Part shown: piece after piece, positions 9,599 to 18,340 of the stretch | Numbering within the stretch: the stretch's first letter is position 1 | Layout of the letters: each line of letters begins with the position of its first letter | DNA from: Alkanindiges illinoisensis DSM 15370 | GTDB taxonomy: Bacteria > Pseudomonadota > Gammaproteobacteria > Pseudomonadales > Moraxellaceae | DNA: 32,000 bases | Assembly (NCBI RefSeq): GCF_000619845.1 | Contig: NZ_KK211037.1 | Span: forward strand, 365,941 to 397,940 | Direction of reading: 5' to 3' | Position numbers and translations under genes: made by a program | The notes under the pieces: model-generated | What the model was told of the DNA's origin: nothing | Seen by the model: the letters and a program-made list of their open reading frames with translations, nothing else | The model's database searches: none

Positions 9599-11560
9599 TT
9601 ACTCTCCTTGACTGGCGGCCTCAAGCTCGGTCCAGCGCTCCAGTTTGTCCATCAGTTCTTGTTCTATCCCGGCCAGCCGTGTAGCGGCCTGGGTTGCTGC
9701 CTGTGCATCGGTGGTAAACCAGCTACCATCGGCCAGCTTTGCAGACAGCTGTTGCTGTTCAGCCTCCAGCGCGGCAATTGCACCCGGCAAGGCTTCCAGT
9801 TCCCGTTGATCTTTATAACTCAATTTTACTTTTTTGGATACGACAGGCTGATGATCTGCCTTGGCTTTTTGCCCTGAGTTTTGACTCGGCTTTTGCTCGC
9901 TTTTTTGTGCTGCTTTCTGATCCTTAAACGAATCGCGGCTGCTGGCCTGTACATTTTGATATTTGGATTGCTGGGCTTTTTGCGTCAGATAATCCTGATA
10001 ACCGCCAATATATTCTTCAATGCCACCCTTGCCATCAAATACCCAGGTTGAAGTCACCACCTGATCCACAAATGCGCGGTCATGGCTGATTAGCAGCAGG
10101 GTGCCCGGATAACTGCCCAGCATTTCTTCTAGCAACTCCAGCGTTACCATATCAAGGTCATTGGTTGGCTCATCCAGCACCAGCAGATTGGAAGGCTTTA
10201 ACAGCAGGCGGGCTAACAGCAAACGATTGCGCTCACCGCCGGATAAGGCCTTAACAGGCGTTCTGGCGCGTTGCGGGGAAAATAAAAAGTCCTGCAAGTA
10301 GCTGAGGATATGTCGTCTTGCCCCGTTGAGTTCGATAAAGTCGCTGCCGGCACTCACGTTTTCCTGCACGGTTTTTTCCAGATCCAGCTGATTACGTAAC
10401 TGGTCAAAATACGCTACATCCAGCTGTGTACCGACCTGAACTGTACCACCATGTTCCTGTTCACCCAGCAAGGCGCGGATTAACGTGGTTTTACCCACGC
10501 CGTTATCGCCAATCAGGCCAATACGGTCGCCACGCATCACCAGTGCAGAGAAGTCATTGACCAGTATATTGTCGCCAAACTGCAGAGATAAATGCTCGAT
10601 ATCAAACACCAGTTTGCCGGATTTTTTGGCATCCTGAATGTTGAGCGTCACATTACCCTGCTGGCTGCGACGCGCCTTGAATTCTTCACGCAGGGCTTTC
10701 AATTCACGCACACGGCCTTCATTGCGGGTACGACGTGCCTTGATGCCCTGACGAATCCACACTTCTTCTTCAGCCAGTTTTTTATCAAAATTGGCATTTT
10801 GTTTTTCTTCGGCTTCGAGTTGCTGGGCTTTAAGCTCAAGGTATCTGGCGTAGTTGCCTTCATAACTACGCAGGATACCGCGATCCAGCTCAACAATACG
10901 GGTGGCTACATGATCCACAAACGCGCGGTCATGCGAAATGAATAGCAGAGTTAGATTGGGCCAGTCGAGCAGAAATTGCTCCAGCCACTCAATACTTTCA
11001 ACATCCAGATGGTTGGTCGGTTCATCCAGCAGCAGTACATCCGGCTCAGTGAGCAGTGCCCGTGCCAGCAGCACCCGGCGTTTACGGCCACCAGACAGGT
11101 CAGATAGGTCTGCATGCCCATCCAGATTCATTTTGGCCAGAATGGTGTCCACCTGACGTTCCAGCGCCCAGCCATCCAGCGCATCCAGCTTGTGCTGCAA
11201 TTCACCCATGTGATCACAGGCCTGCATGTCACCGGCTACACAGGCATCGCTGGCCGCATGATAATCAATCAGTACCTGTGCCGCTTCACCTGCACCGCCC
11301 GCGACAATATCGGCCACACGGCCAGTACTCATGGGCACATCCTGTTCCAGCATGGCAATGCGCAAATTATTTTGTTTGCTGACTTCGCCGCTGTCTGCCA
11401 TTAAGCTACCATTGATCAGCTTGAGCAGGGTGGATTTACCCTCACCATTGCGGCCAATCAGACACACGCGCTCACCGCGCTCAAGGGCAAAGCTTGCGCC
11501 ATCCAGCAGGGCAGGGCCGCCAAAGGCCAGATGAATGTCGCGTAAGCTAATAAGTGCCAT
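9599..11560 (-). CDS. uup: ABC-F family ATPase Uup
   Basis: There are two ABC cassettes (Walker A GRNGEGKST and GDNGVGKTT; signatures LSGGRKRRV and LSGGERNRL; Walker B LLLDEPTNHLD and LVLDEPTNDLD). The charged inter-domain linker and C-terminal coiled-coil are typical of Uup. I moved the start to the ATG at 11560 (MALISLRDIHLAFGG). Confidence 0.9.
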   Translation of the reverse strand: MALISLRDIHLAFGGPALLDGASFALERGERVCLIGRNGEGKSTLLKLINGSLMADSGEVSKQNNLRIAMLEQDVPMSTGRVADIVAGGAGEAAQVLIDYHAASDACVAGDMQACDHMGELQHKLDALDGWALERQVDTILAKMNLDGHADLSDLSGGRKRRVLLARALLTEPDVLLLDEPTNHLDVESIEWLEQFLLDWPNLTLLFISHDRAFVDHVATRIVELDRGILRSYEGNYARYLELKAQQLEAEEKQNANFDKKLAEEEVWIRQGIKARRTRNEGRVRELKALREEFKARRSQQGNVTLNIQDAKKSGKLVFDIEHLSLQFGDNILVNDFSALVMRGDRIGLIGDNGVGKTTLIRALLGEQEHGGTVQVGTQLDVAYFDQLRNQLDLEKTVQENVSAGSDFIELNGARRHILSYLQDFLFSPQRARTPVKALSGGERNRLLLARLLLKPSNLLVLDEPTNDLDMVTLELLEEMLGSYPGTLLLISHDRAFVDQVVTSTWVFDGKGGIEEYIGGYQDYLTQKAQQSKYQNVQASSRDSFKDQKAAQKSEQKPSQNSGQKAKADHQPVVSKKVKLSYKDQRELEALPGAIAALEAEQQQLSAKLADGSWFTTDAQAATQAATRLAGIEQELMDKLERWTELEAASQGE

Positions 11561-11885
11561 AAACAAGGGTTTCCATAGATGAGGAGAGCAAGACCGTGGA
11601 CAAACAGTTACGCCAGCTGGAAAGCACATTTTCCGCACGGATTGAGAATTTGTAAGTTTAAATTGCTAAGATTAAGTATGCTTTTGATTGCAAACGAAAT
11701 TTTTTAATAATTTAAACCTTACTCACAAAGTATTTTGGCGTATTTCATTAAAATGCTTTAGCCATGCAGGATATAGAATATTAGCATTTTTCCTTTGAGG
11801 AGACATCATCTCTGATAACAAAGCTAAAGCAAAAATTTAGGCGATTAAATAAATTAAAATAAAGTCTACTACGCTAATTAATAGC

Positions 11886-12860
11886 GTGGCTTGCCATCTT
11901 TATCTATACCAAGTCCTAAGGGGGACTAATAATCTGGTCTTTCCAAATAGCCGGGGACAGGTGGAATGGTATACCGATCTATTACGGCGTCTATGTGAAA
12001 AGGAAGGTATTCCTAGTCAGTTCTGGGCGCATCATGGCAATTTATCCAAGGAATATCGAGAAGATGCTGAAAAAGCTTTAAAAGATAAGTCCCAGAATGC
12101 TACAGCAATTTGTACTACTACCCTTGAGCTTGGCATTGATATTGGACATGTCAAAAGTATCTGTCAAATTGGTTCTCCACCATCGGTTGCCAGTCTCAGA
12201 CAGCGCCTTGGCCGTTCGGGAAGGCGTAAGGACGAGCCTGCTATATTAAGAGGATATTGTATAGAATGTGAGCTAACACCTGATTCAGGTCTCTCAGATC
12301 GTATTCGGGAAGGACTGCTACAGATGATAGCTATGATTCAACTATTGCTTGAAGGCTGGTTTGAACCACCGCGGATTAAGGGTCTACATTATTCAACACT
12401 GGTGCAGCAGATACTATCGGTTATTGCCCAGAAAGGCGGAGCTACAGCCGCTGAGCTATGGCATACATTGATTCATCAAGGGCCTTTTGAGGGGATAGTA
12501 CGAGAAGACTTTCTTTCATTACTACGGGGAATGGGCGAAGAGCTGTTACTCATGCAGGAAAGTACAGGGCTTTTATTGCATGGTGAGAAGGGTGAAAATC
12601 TCGTTAATCACTATGATTTTTTTGCAGCATTTGTTTCAACGGAGGAGTTTAGACTGATTGTTGAGGGAAAAGCACTTGGTTCTCTACCCATTAAGCATAT
12701 TCTTATCCCTGGGCAATACCTGATTTTTGCAGGAAGGCGCTGGCGTGTCTTGGATGTTGATGTAGAGAAAAAAGTAATATCGGTGAAAGCTGACAAAGGT
12801 AGAGCACCACCTAACACCCGCCTATTTATAGTTCAGGTGAGGTTGGTAGATCTTTTCTAG
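11886..12860 (+). pseudogene. Fragment of a large Lhr-like DEAD/DEAH-box helicase (RecA2 plus WH/associated domains only)
   Basis: The fragment contains helicase motifs IV-VI only (LVFPNSR, TTTLELGIDIG, QRLGRSGRR) and a downstream domain (LLQMIAMIQLLLEGWFEPP). The ATP-binding RecA1 half (motifs I-III) is missing. An in-frame stop lies at 11850-11852 just upstream, and the reading frame ends abruptly after ...KADKGRAPP. Confidence 0.65.
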
Positions 12861-13156
12861 CCCTTGCATTACCAAACGGTTAATCAGCAAGACATCATCG
12901 GTGGCATGCGGTAGGTTAATAAGCAGGAACGGATGACAATAGGGCTGGACAAAGCGGTTGGTTTTAATGCTAATGCCGACCCTACCACACAGTAGTTTTT
13001 GTTTACTTAACTTGGCCAACCATGCGTGAACTGGACGTATTGACAGGCTGTTCTAATCATAAATTTTAAGTATTGTGCTTAGGTGAGCGTATTGACCTGC
13101 TGGTTGTTGTTTAGGAAACGTGAGGTAGTAATCGGCATTTTTTATTTTCAGATTTA

Positions 13157-13480
13157 ATGTTGTGTACTTGTTATTCTCCATTGTTTAAAACATATACACG
13201 GTATACTCGTGACTCTCAGGATAAATTAAGAAAAAAGCAAATGAACAGAGTTTTAATGAATATTATTGATGTGATAAATAATAGTGATGGGACCAAAGAT
13301 CAAATCTTTATGTATCAAGAGAAAGAAGTGAGAATAAGTACAAAAGGATTTAAGTCACTGGTCAATACTGAAATAAGTTATTTTAATCTTAAAGAAGAAC
13401 GCGTTACGCCTTATTTAGAGGGTTTCCGGAAGTTCGCTATCGGTAGTACCACACACTACAGTACTAAAAGCCTTCATTAA
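13157..13480 (+). CDS. Hypothetical protein (alternative start ATG 13241)
   Basis: This is an open frame in AT-rich DNA, followed 14 nt later by a good terminator. I see no recognisable motif and only a weak RBS. Confidence 0.3.
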   Translation: MLCTCYSPLFKTYTRYTRDSQDKLRKKQMNRVLMNIIDVINNSDGTKDQIFMYQEKEVRISTKGFKSLVNTEISYFNLKEERVTPYLEGFRKFAIGSTTHYSTKSLH

Positions 13481-13493
13481 AAAATAACTTTAT

Positions 13494-13521
13494 AAAAAGC
13501 CGCCCAATCAGACGGCTTTTT
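13494..13521 (+). terminator. Rho-independent terminator
   Basis: The sequence AAAAAGCCG-cccaatcaga-CGGCTTTTT forms a stem with a trailing T-run. The A-tract upstream would make it bidirectional. Confidence 0.7.
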
Positions 13522-13933
13522 ATTGGCTTAATAGTTTCTCTGGGTATTGGCAGGCCAATAGGAATTTTATCGGGGTAGTACACATGGATCGTGACTACGG
13601 AATGTACTTTTTAGTAGGAACATTAGTCTTATTATTACTATATTTATTTATATAGCTGACCAATTTTCTTTGGACAATTTACATTACTTTTAAATAAAAG
13701 ATTGTATAACTGGATTTATAGGCGTATAAATACTAAACCGAAAGGTTATTGGTTAAAGTCCATGACTGATTTCAGGTTAAATACTCTATAAAATAATTAT
13801 AGCTTTATTAAGTCTCTCGTTCCGCAGTTTTATTTATAATTCTCCGTTTTCATAAGATTTTAGCTTCATAAATTATTTTTTGAGTGATCTATATGGATTA
13901 AATTCATATTAATTTTTCAAATAGGATTATAAA

Positions 13934-14143
13934 ATGTCTACTACTGCTACCGGCGTTGTTAAATGGTTTAATGAAACTAAAGGTTTTGGATTTATTCAAC
14001 AAGAATCTGGACCAGATTTATTTGCCCATTATAGTGAAATTCAAAGTAATAGTTTTAAGACTCTTCATGAGGGACAGCAAGTACAGTTTACTATTACCGA
14101 GGGTCAAAAAGGCCCTCAGGCAAGTAAAATTTACCCTCTTTAA
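13934..14143 (+). CDS. Cold-shock protein, CspA family
   Basis: The 69-aa product is a cold-shock domain with RNP1/RNP2-type motifs ([24 protein letters not shown]). An AGGA sits 7 nt before the ATG, and a long AT-rich leader lies upstream. Confidence 0.9.
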   Translation: MSTTATGVVKWFNETKGFGFIQQESGPDLFAHYSEIQSNSFKTLHEGQQVQFTITEGQKGPQASKIYPL

Positions 14144-14198
14144 ATCATCTTTTAACTGATAGGTAGGCCAATACGTCTATCTATTCTTTTTAAGTTTA

Positions 14199-14229
14199 AA
14201 ACCCTTACTTAAATGGTAGGGGTTTTTTA
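14199..14229 (+). terminator. Rho-independent terminator after csp
   Basis: The stem pairs CCCTTAC (14202-14208) with GTAGGGG (14216-14222) and is followed by T6. Confidence 0.65.
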
Positions 14230-14408
14230 TAGCTTAAATTCAAAACTATATTTTTAGGATATTTAGCGGGCAATATATTAATACTAAAATTGAAGACCTA
14301 ATCAATGTGTATTATAACAATAGTAAGAAATGCCATCAGTGCAAGCCTTGTATTAATACTTCTATCCTGTAGCATTAATCAGATAATCCCTCAATCAAGG
14401 CAACCCTA

Positions 14409-14828
14409 ATGGTTGTTCACAAAGCTGTAGGGCGATTTGCTGTTAAGCAGAAAATTGATTTCAAATACTATTTTGAAATCACAGGATTTGAAAAAGTCTC
14501 AGGTACCGGCAGCATTATTATTGATAGTAAAACCTGGACACAAGAAAGTATTAAAAAATCAATTAATAAGTTTGTTTTAGCACAAGTAAATGAATTTTTA
14601 GTAAATAAAAACATTACTCAGACTTCCAACTTTGGAGTAGATACCGGTATTGAAATACTAGCGGTGCATGAGCCTACGATAGCGCAGCGTCTTACTGAGC
14701 ATGGTGGTAAGGCTCAGGTTACCAGCCAAAAGTACATTGTGTTTATAGTAGGGCTTGCCATAGTAATCATGTCCTTTCTTGTTCTATGTATGAATCACTA
14801 TTCTTTCGCGTTTAACTCTTTCAAGTGA
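14409..14828 (+). CDS. Hypothetical tail-anchored membrane protein
   Basis: The 139-aa product has a soluble N-terminal part and a single C-terminal TM helix (KYIVFIVGLAIVIMSFLVLCMNHY). That tail resembles the C-terminus of the next gene. Confidence 0.45.
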   Translation: MVVHKAVGRFAVKQKIDFKYYFEITGFEKVSGTGSIIIDSKTWTQESIKKSINKFVLAQVNEFLVNKNITQTSNFGVDTGIEILAVHEPTIAQRLTEHGGKAQVTSQKYIVFIVGLAIVIMSFLVLCMNHYSFAFNSFK

Positions 14829-15085
14829 AATAAAGTTAGATAATAACTTGACGTAACCAATATCTTACTTAAAAAATAGACGAGTAAATGTTTTAATAAT
14901 ATAGATGATATTAAATCTATCAGTATCTAATTAATATTACAGTTAATAAATTTATTAGAAAAATTGTTCTATCTTTAAACTGATATGTCATAAAAAATCT
15001 TTAGAGAAGTTACGAACTACTCGTAAAAACAAGTGTATATTACAAAGTGATAAAAAATCTACCTTATTATTATATCGAGTATTTA

Positions 15086-15694
15086 ATGCCGCATCCTACG
15101 AGATTCTCGTATGCAAGCACATCCACTGCTTTACCTTCTACAATTAAGGATCATCTGGTTAGTATAACTAGAAATGCTGAAACTAATACCGTCCGTGGAG
15201 AAATGGCCGGTATTTTGATTTACGGGAATAAATGTTTTTTTCATTGCATTGAAGCACCTGCCTCAACAATTAACAGAATTTATAACGAAGCTGTTCAGAA
15301 TCCACTTGACCAACGGTTTGAATTATTAAAACGTGAGTTAATTTCAGAGCGTTATTTTAAAGGCTGGGAAATTAAATATTTTGTTCGGGAAAAAGCACTA
15401 CAAGAGTTTTTTCTTGAGCATTATGGAAAGCATGAATTTGATCCTTACATGCTTGAAGGAAATCGCCTTGATGCCTTTATTAAGCTACTGGCACGTCCGA
15501 AGCATGAGCGATTGTCAGGATTTCCTTGCCCTACAGAGGCTTCCATATTCGCAGGCAGTTCAAGTTCAGGCCGATTGCTAAATACCCATTACATTGGCTT
15601 TATGATAATGGTAGCCATCCTTATTTTTTTATTTTACCTCATGATGGATCACTACATGGGCTGGGATACTTTTCAGAGCATATATCGCTCATAA
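15086..15694 (+). CDS. BLUF-like domain protein with a C-terminal transmembrane anchor (non-canonical; Gln replaced by His)
   Basis: The domain follows the BLUF pattern: RFSYAS (Tyr9), GILIYGNKCFFHCIEA, DQRF, FKGWEIKYF (Trp94). I chose the start at ATG 15086 (MPHPTRFSYAS) over the track's GTG at 15047. The C-terminal TM is YIGFMIMVAILIFLFYLMMDHY. Confidence 0.75.
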   Translation: MPHPTRFSYASTSTALPSTIKDHLVSITRNAETNTVRGEMAGILIYGNKCFFHCIEAPASTINRIYNEAVQNPLDQRFELLKRELISERYFKGWEIKYFVREKALQEFFLEHYGKHEFDPYMLEGNRLDAFIKLLARPKHERLSGFPCPTEASIFAGSSSSGRLLNTHYIGFMIMVAILIFLFYLMMDHYMGWDTFQSIYRS

Positions 15695-15732
15695 AATGAA
15701 AACTCCTAAAATAAGGGTATAGGGATTTTGAC

Positions 15733-16025
15733 CATATCCTTATCAAATCCAAATTAAGTCGCCGTATTGCATTACTTGAGGAGCGCTTGAATATTCATTT
15801 AATTTAGCGGTCATCCCGACAGTTTAAGGCTATCGGAACCGGACAGCAGTGTTATTAATATTGTTAGGCAATGCTTGCTGAAGCCAAGGCTGGACAAGAG
15901 TTTATCGATTCCCATATTGATGAACCACAGGGTCTTATTCGGATGAGTTGTCCCCACCATTGCTGTATTCCCAGATCAAGGATATGCTTGCATTACTCCT
16001 TAACAACCCCCTTTAAATTCCTAAG
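15733..16025 (+). pseudogene. LysR-family transcriptional regulator remnant (truncated and frameshifted)
   Basis: One frame reads ...KLSRRIALLEERLNIHLI*, the LysR HTH recognition-helix region, and is interrupted by stops. A second frame gives RSSRQFKAIGTGQQCY, then AMLAEAKAGQEFIDSHIDEPQGLIRMSCP, the typical linker leading into the co-inducer domain. A further frameshift follows (PPLLYSQIKDMLALLLNNPL*). The N-terminal 30 aa or so and most of the effector domain are missing. Confidence 0.6.
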
Positions 16026-16040
16026 CCCCAAAGTTTTTAA

Positions 16041-16337
16041 TCATCGCGCTTGGCTGTAAGGGAATGGGTAATCGTGCAGCTCTAGGGTAATCAATAGTTG
16101 CCAGATAAAATCCTGCGTGGTTGGCGACATTTGCAGGGTAGCAAACACAGGCGTGCTGGCACCTTTAATATCAATTCGAATGTTCCTGCTTGAGTGTTCC
16201 TGCTGTGATTTTACCTCTATATTGGTTTTTGCTTCTGTACGGCATGCATCAAGCCCCAACATTATGCAGACAATCGATAAGCCCGTGCGGATAAGGGCTT
16301 GACAATTTTTAATGAAACATTTGATACTTTGCGCCAA
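16041..16337 (-). CDS. Secreted cyclophilin-like-fold protein, probably 3'-truncated
   Basis: A signal-like N-terminus is followed by IRIDIKGASTPVFATLQMSPTTQDFIWQLLITLELHDYP. This resembles the first half of the small cyclophilin-like proteins (pattern I.I..G....A.L.DN.TA..F...LP). The ORF stops where the second half would begin, abutting the LysR remnant. Confidence 0.4.
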   Translation of the reverse strand: MAQSIKCFIKNCQALIRTGLSIVCIMLGLDACRTEAKTNIEVKSQQEHSSRNIRIDIKGASTPVFATLQMSPTTQDFIWQLLITLELHDYPFPYSQAR

Positions 16338-16386
16338 CCGTGTCCGTCAAGAGATTAGCTGCTTGGGCAAACCATTACACCGCAAG

Positions 16387-17391
16387 ATGATTCCAGAGAC
16401 TTATGTGCAATTGCTATTTGAGTATCTGGAAGCGCAGGGCCATGACCCTGAAAGCGTACTGGGTGAACCATGGCCTGTACCTGATGTGCAAGGACTTGGC
16501 GGTATGCCTGTAGCGCACTGGGATCAGCTTTTAGAAACTGCAAAACAGCATTTGAATGATCCCCTTATTGGTTTGCATGTAGGACAAACCATTACTGCCC
16601 GGCATCTGGGCATTCTGGGTTCGGTGCTGCTGGCCTGCGATAATTTTGGCGCACTCATGCAGCGTTTTGAGCGTTATCAGCGGCTGATTTTTGATGTTGT
16701 GCCTGCAAGCATTGATATTGGGCCAGCGTATATTGAATTAACCTGGGATATTCAGGACTATCAAGCTGGGGGCTTGGTGGATGAAACAGGACGGACGGTG
16801 ATGGTGCAGTTTTGCCGTAGCCTGATTCGGGGCACTACTTCATTGCTGGCCGTGCATTTTATTCATGAGCAGCCCGCTGACATTAAGCCCTATGAAGACT
16901 ATTTTGGTTGTCCGGTGTTATTTGAGCAGCCTAAACCGCTGTTGCGTTTTGGCCTGAATATGCTGAGCTTGCCATTAAAAAGCCCTGATCCTGCATTGAT
17001 TGCCGTGCTGGATCAGCATGCTGATCAGTTGTTGGCCAAATTGCCTCAGGTAGAAGAAATCGTTGAGCAGATAAGGAAGCATATCGCCTATTTGCTGCAT
17101 CAGGGTGAACCTGATATTGCACAACTGGCAGACTTGCTGTGTTGTTCACGCCGCACCTTGCAACGACGCTTGATGGAAGCAGGAACCAGTTTTCGGCATG
17201 AATTAAATACGGTAAGGCACGAGCTGGCACGATCTTATTTACAGGACCCCAGATTGCAAATTGTCGACATTGCCTTATTGCTGGGTTATTCCGAACATAG
17301 TGCATTCACCCGTGCCTACAAGGAGTGGACAGGCCACACACCTCAGCAGGAGCGTGAATCACATGTCAAAGATAGTCTTAAAAACATGTGA
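16387..17391 (+). CDS. AraC-family transcriptional regulator (N-terminal AraC-binding-like domain)
   Basis: The C-terminus carries a double HTH (SRRTLQRRLMEAGTSFRHEL...IVDIALLLGYSEHSAFTRAYKEWTGHTPQQ). I moved the start to ATG 16387 (MIPETYVQLLFEYLEAQG), which also removes the overlap with the divergent gene. Confidence 0.85.
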   Translation: MIPETYVQLLFEYLEAQGHDPESVLGEPWPVPDVQGLGGMPVAHWDQLLETAKQHLNDPLIGLHVGQTITARHLGILGSVLLACDNFGALMQRFERYQRLIFDVVPASIDIGPAYIELTWDIQDYQAGGLVDETGRTVMVQFCRSLIRGTTSLLAVHFIHEQPADIKPYEDYFGCPVLFEQPKPLLRFGLNMLSLPLKSPDPALIAVLDQHADQLLAKLPQVEEIVEQIRKHIAYLLHQGEPDIAQLADLLCCSRRTLQRRLMEAGTSFRHELNTVRHELARSYLQDPRLQIVDIALLLGYSEHSAFTRAYKEWTGHTPQQERESHVKDSLKNM

Positions 17392-17412
17392 TTAAGGCTA
17401 TTCAGGTACTGT

Positions 17413-17436
17413 ATCCAGATCAGCATCAATCTGGAT
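17413..17436. terminator. Hairpin between the convergent AraC and SDR genes
   Basis: An 8-bp stem, ATCCAGAT (17413-17420) with ATCTGGAT (17429-17436), is followed on the plus strand by AATATGTTTT. Confidence 0.45.
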
Positions 17437-17461
17437 AATATGTTTTGACCTAAAATGTAAA

Positions 17462-18298
17462 TCAACCATGCTGTTTTGCATCAATCTGCATGGTTTTTTT
17501 CAGATCTTTACGGTTAAAACCAATCAATTCAATGAGGTTACGAAGCAACCCTGGCGCACGGGCAACCAAAGTATTGGCTTTAGGCACAATTACAATATCA
17601 CGGCGCCGTTCAATAGCATCTACCAGCCCAGCCACCACGTCTTCAATGGGAACGTATTTCCAGATACCGGTATTGCCACTCCAGACGGCTTGACCGGCAG
17701 GATCAGCTTGTACTGCTTCCATCATCGGGGTTTGAAAGAAGGTTGGATGCAGGCTGCCTACACCGACGCCCAAATGCTTGAGTTCTAAACGCAGACTATC
17801 ACATAAGGCCCATACACCCGCTTTGCTGGCAGTATAATGGGTATTAAGTGGTGAATGGACAAAGGCTGCCATGGACGATACGGCCAGCAAATAACCGCGA
17901 TTATTCTTAACATAAGGTAAGGCAGCCCTAAAGGTGCGGAATACCCCGACAAGATTAATGTCAATGGTACGTTCAAAAGTTTTGGGATCGATATGCTCCA
18001 GTGACTCTGTTGAGCCAATGCCGGCATTGGCAATCACCACGTCAATCCTGCCAAAATGCTGCGTCACTTCTGCCATCGCAGTTTCCAGACTTTCTAGCGA
18101 GCGAACATCGGCTACCCAGCCCTTAGCCACCTGATCACTCCCTAATACGCTGGCTTGCGCAGTCACACTGGTGAGATCAAGATCCAGTAGTGCTAGCTTA
18201 GCCCCTTTACCAGACAGTGCCTGTGCCGCAGCTTGCCCAAGACCACCGGTTGAGCCGGTAATCACAATCACTTTATTTTTGAGTTGATATTTACTCAT
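17462..18298 (-). CDS. Short-chain dehydrogenase/reductase (classical SDR)
   Basis: The product has the cofactor motif TGSTGGLGQ (TGxxxGxG), NAG (IANAGIG) and the catalytic S...YTASK (YxxxK). Confidence 0.9.
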   Translation of the reverse strand: MSKYQLKNKVIVITGSTGGLGQAAAQALSGKGAKLALLDLDLTSVTAQASVLGSDQVAKGWVADVRSLESLETAMAEVTQHFGRIDVVIANAGIGSTESLEHIDPKTFERTIDINLVGVFRTFRAALPYVKNNRGYLLAVSSMAAFVHSPLNTHYTASKAGVWALCDSLRLELKHLGVGVGSLHPTFFQTPMMEAVQADPAGQAVWSGNTGIWKYVPIEDVVAGLVDAIERRRDIVIVPKANTLVARAPGLLRNLIELIGFNRKDLKKTMQIDAKQHG

Positions 18299-18340
18299 AA
18301 CGTATTCCCCCTACGATATTAATGAATTAGGCGTGTTTAA

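Noticed and set aside
12822-13019. A 65-aa minus-strand ORF (TTG start) next to the helicase fragment, considered as a possible transposase or integrase remnant
   Set aside because: I could not match it to any transposase or recombinase motif (no DDE or R-H-R-Y elements). It has a TTG start, partly overlaps the helicase frame, and may simply be noise in junction DNA.
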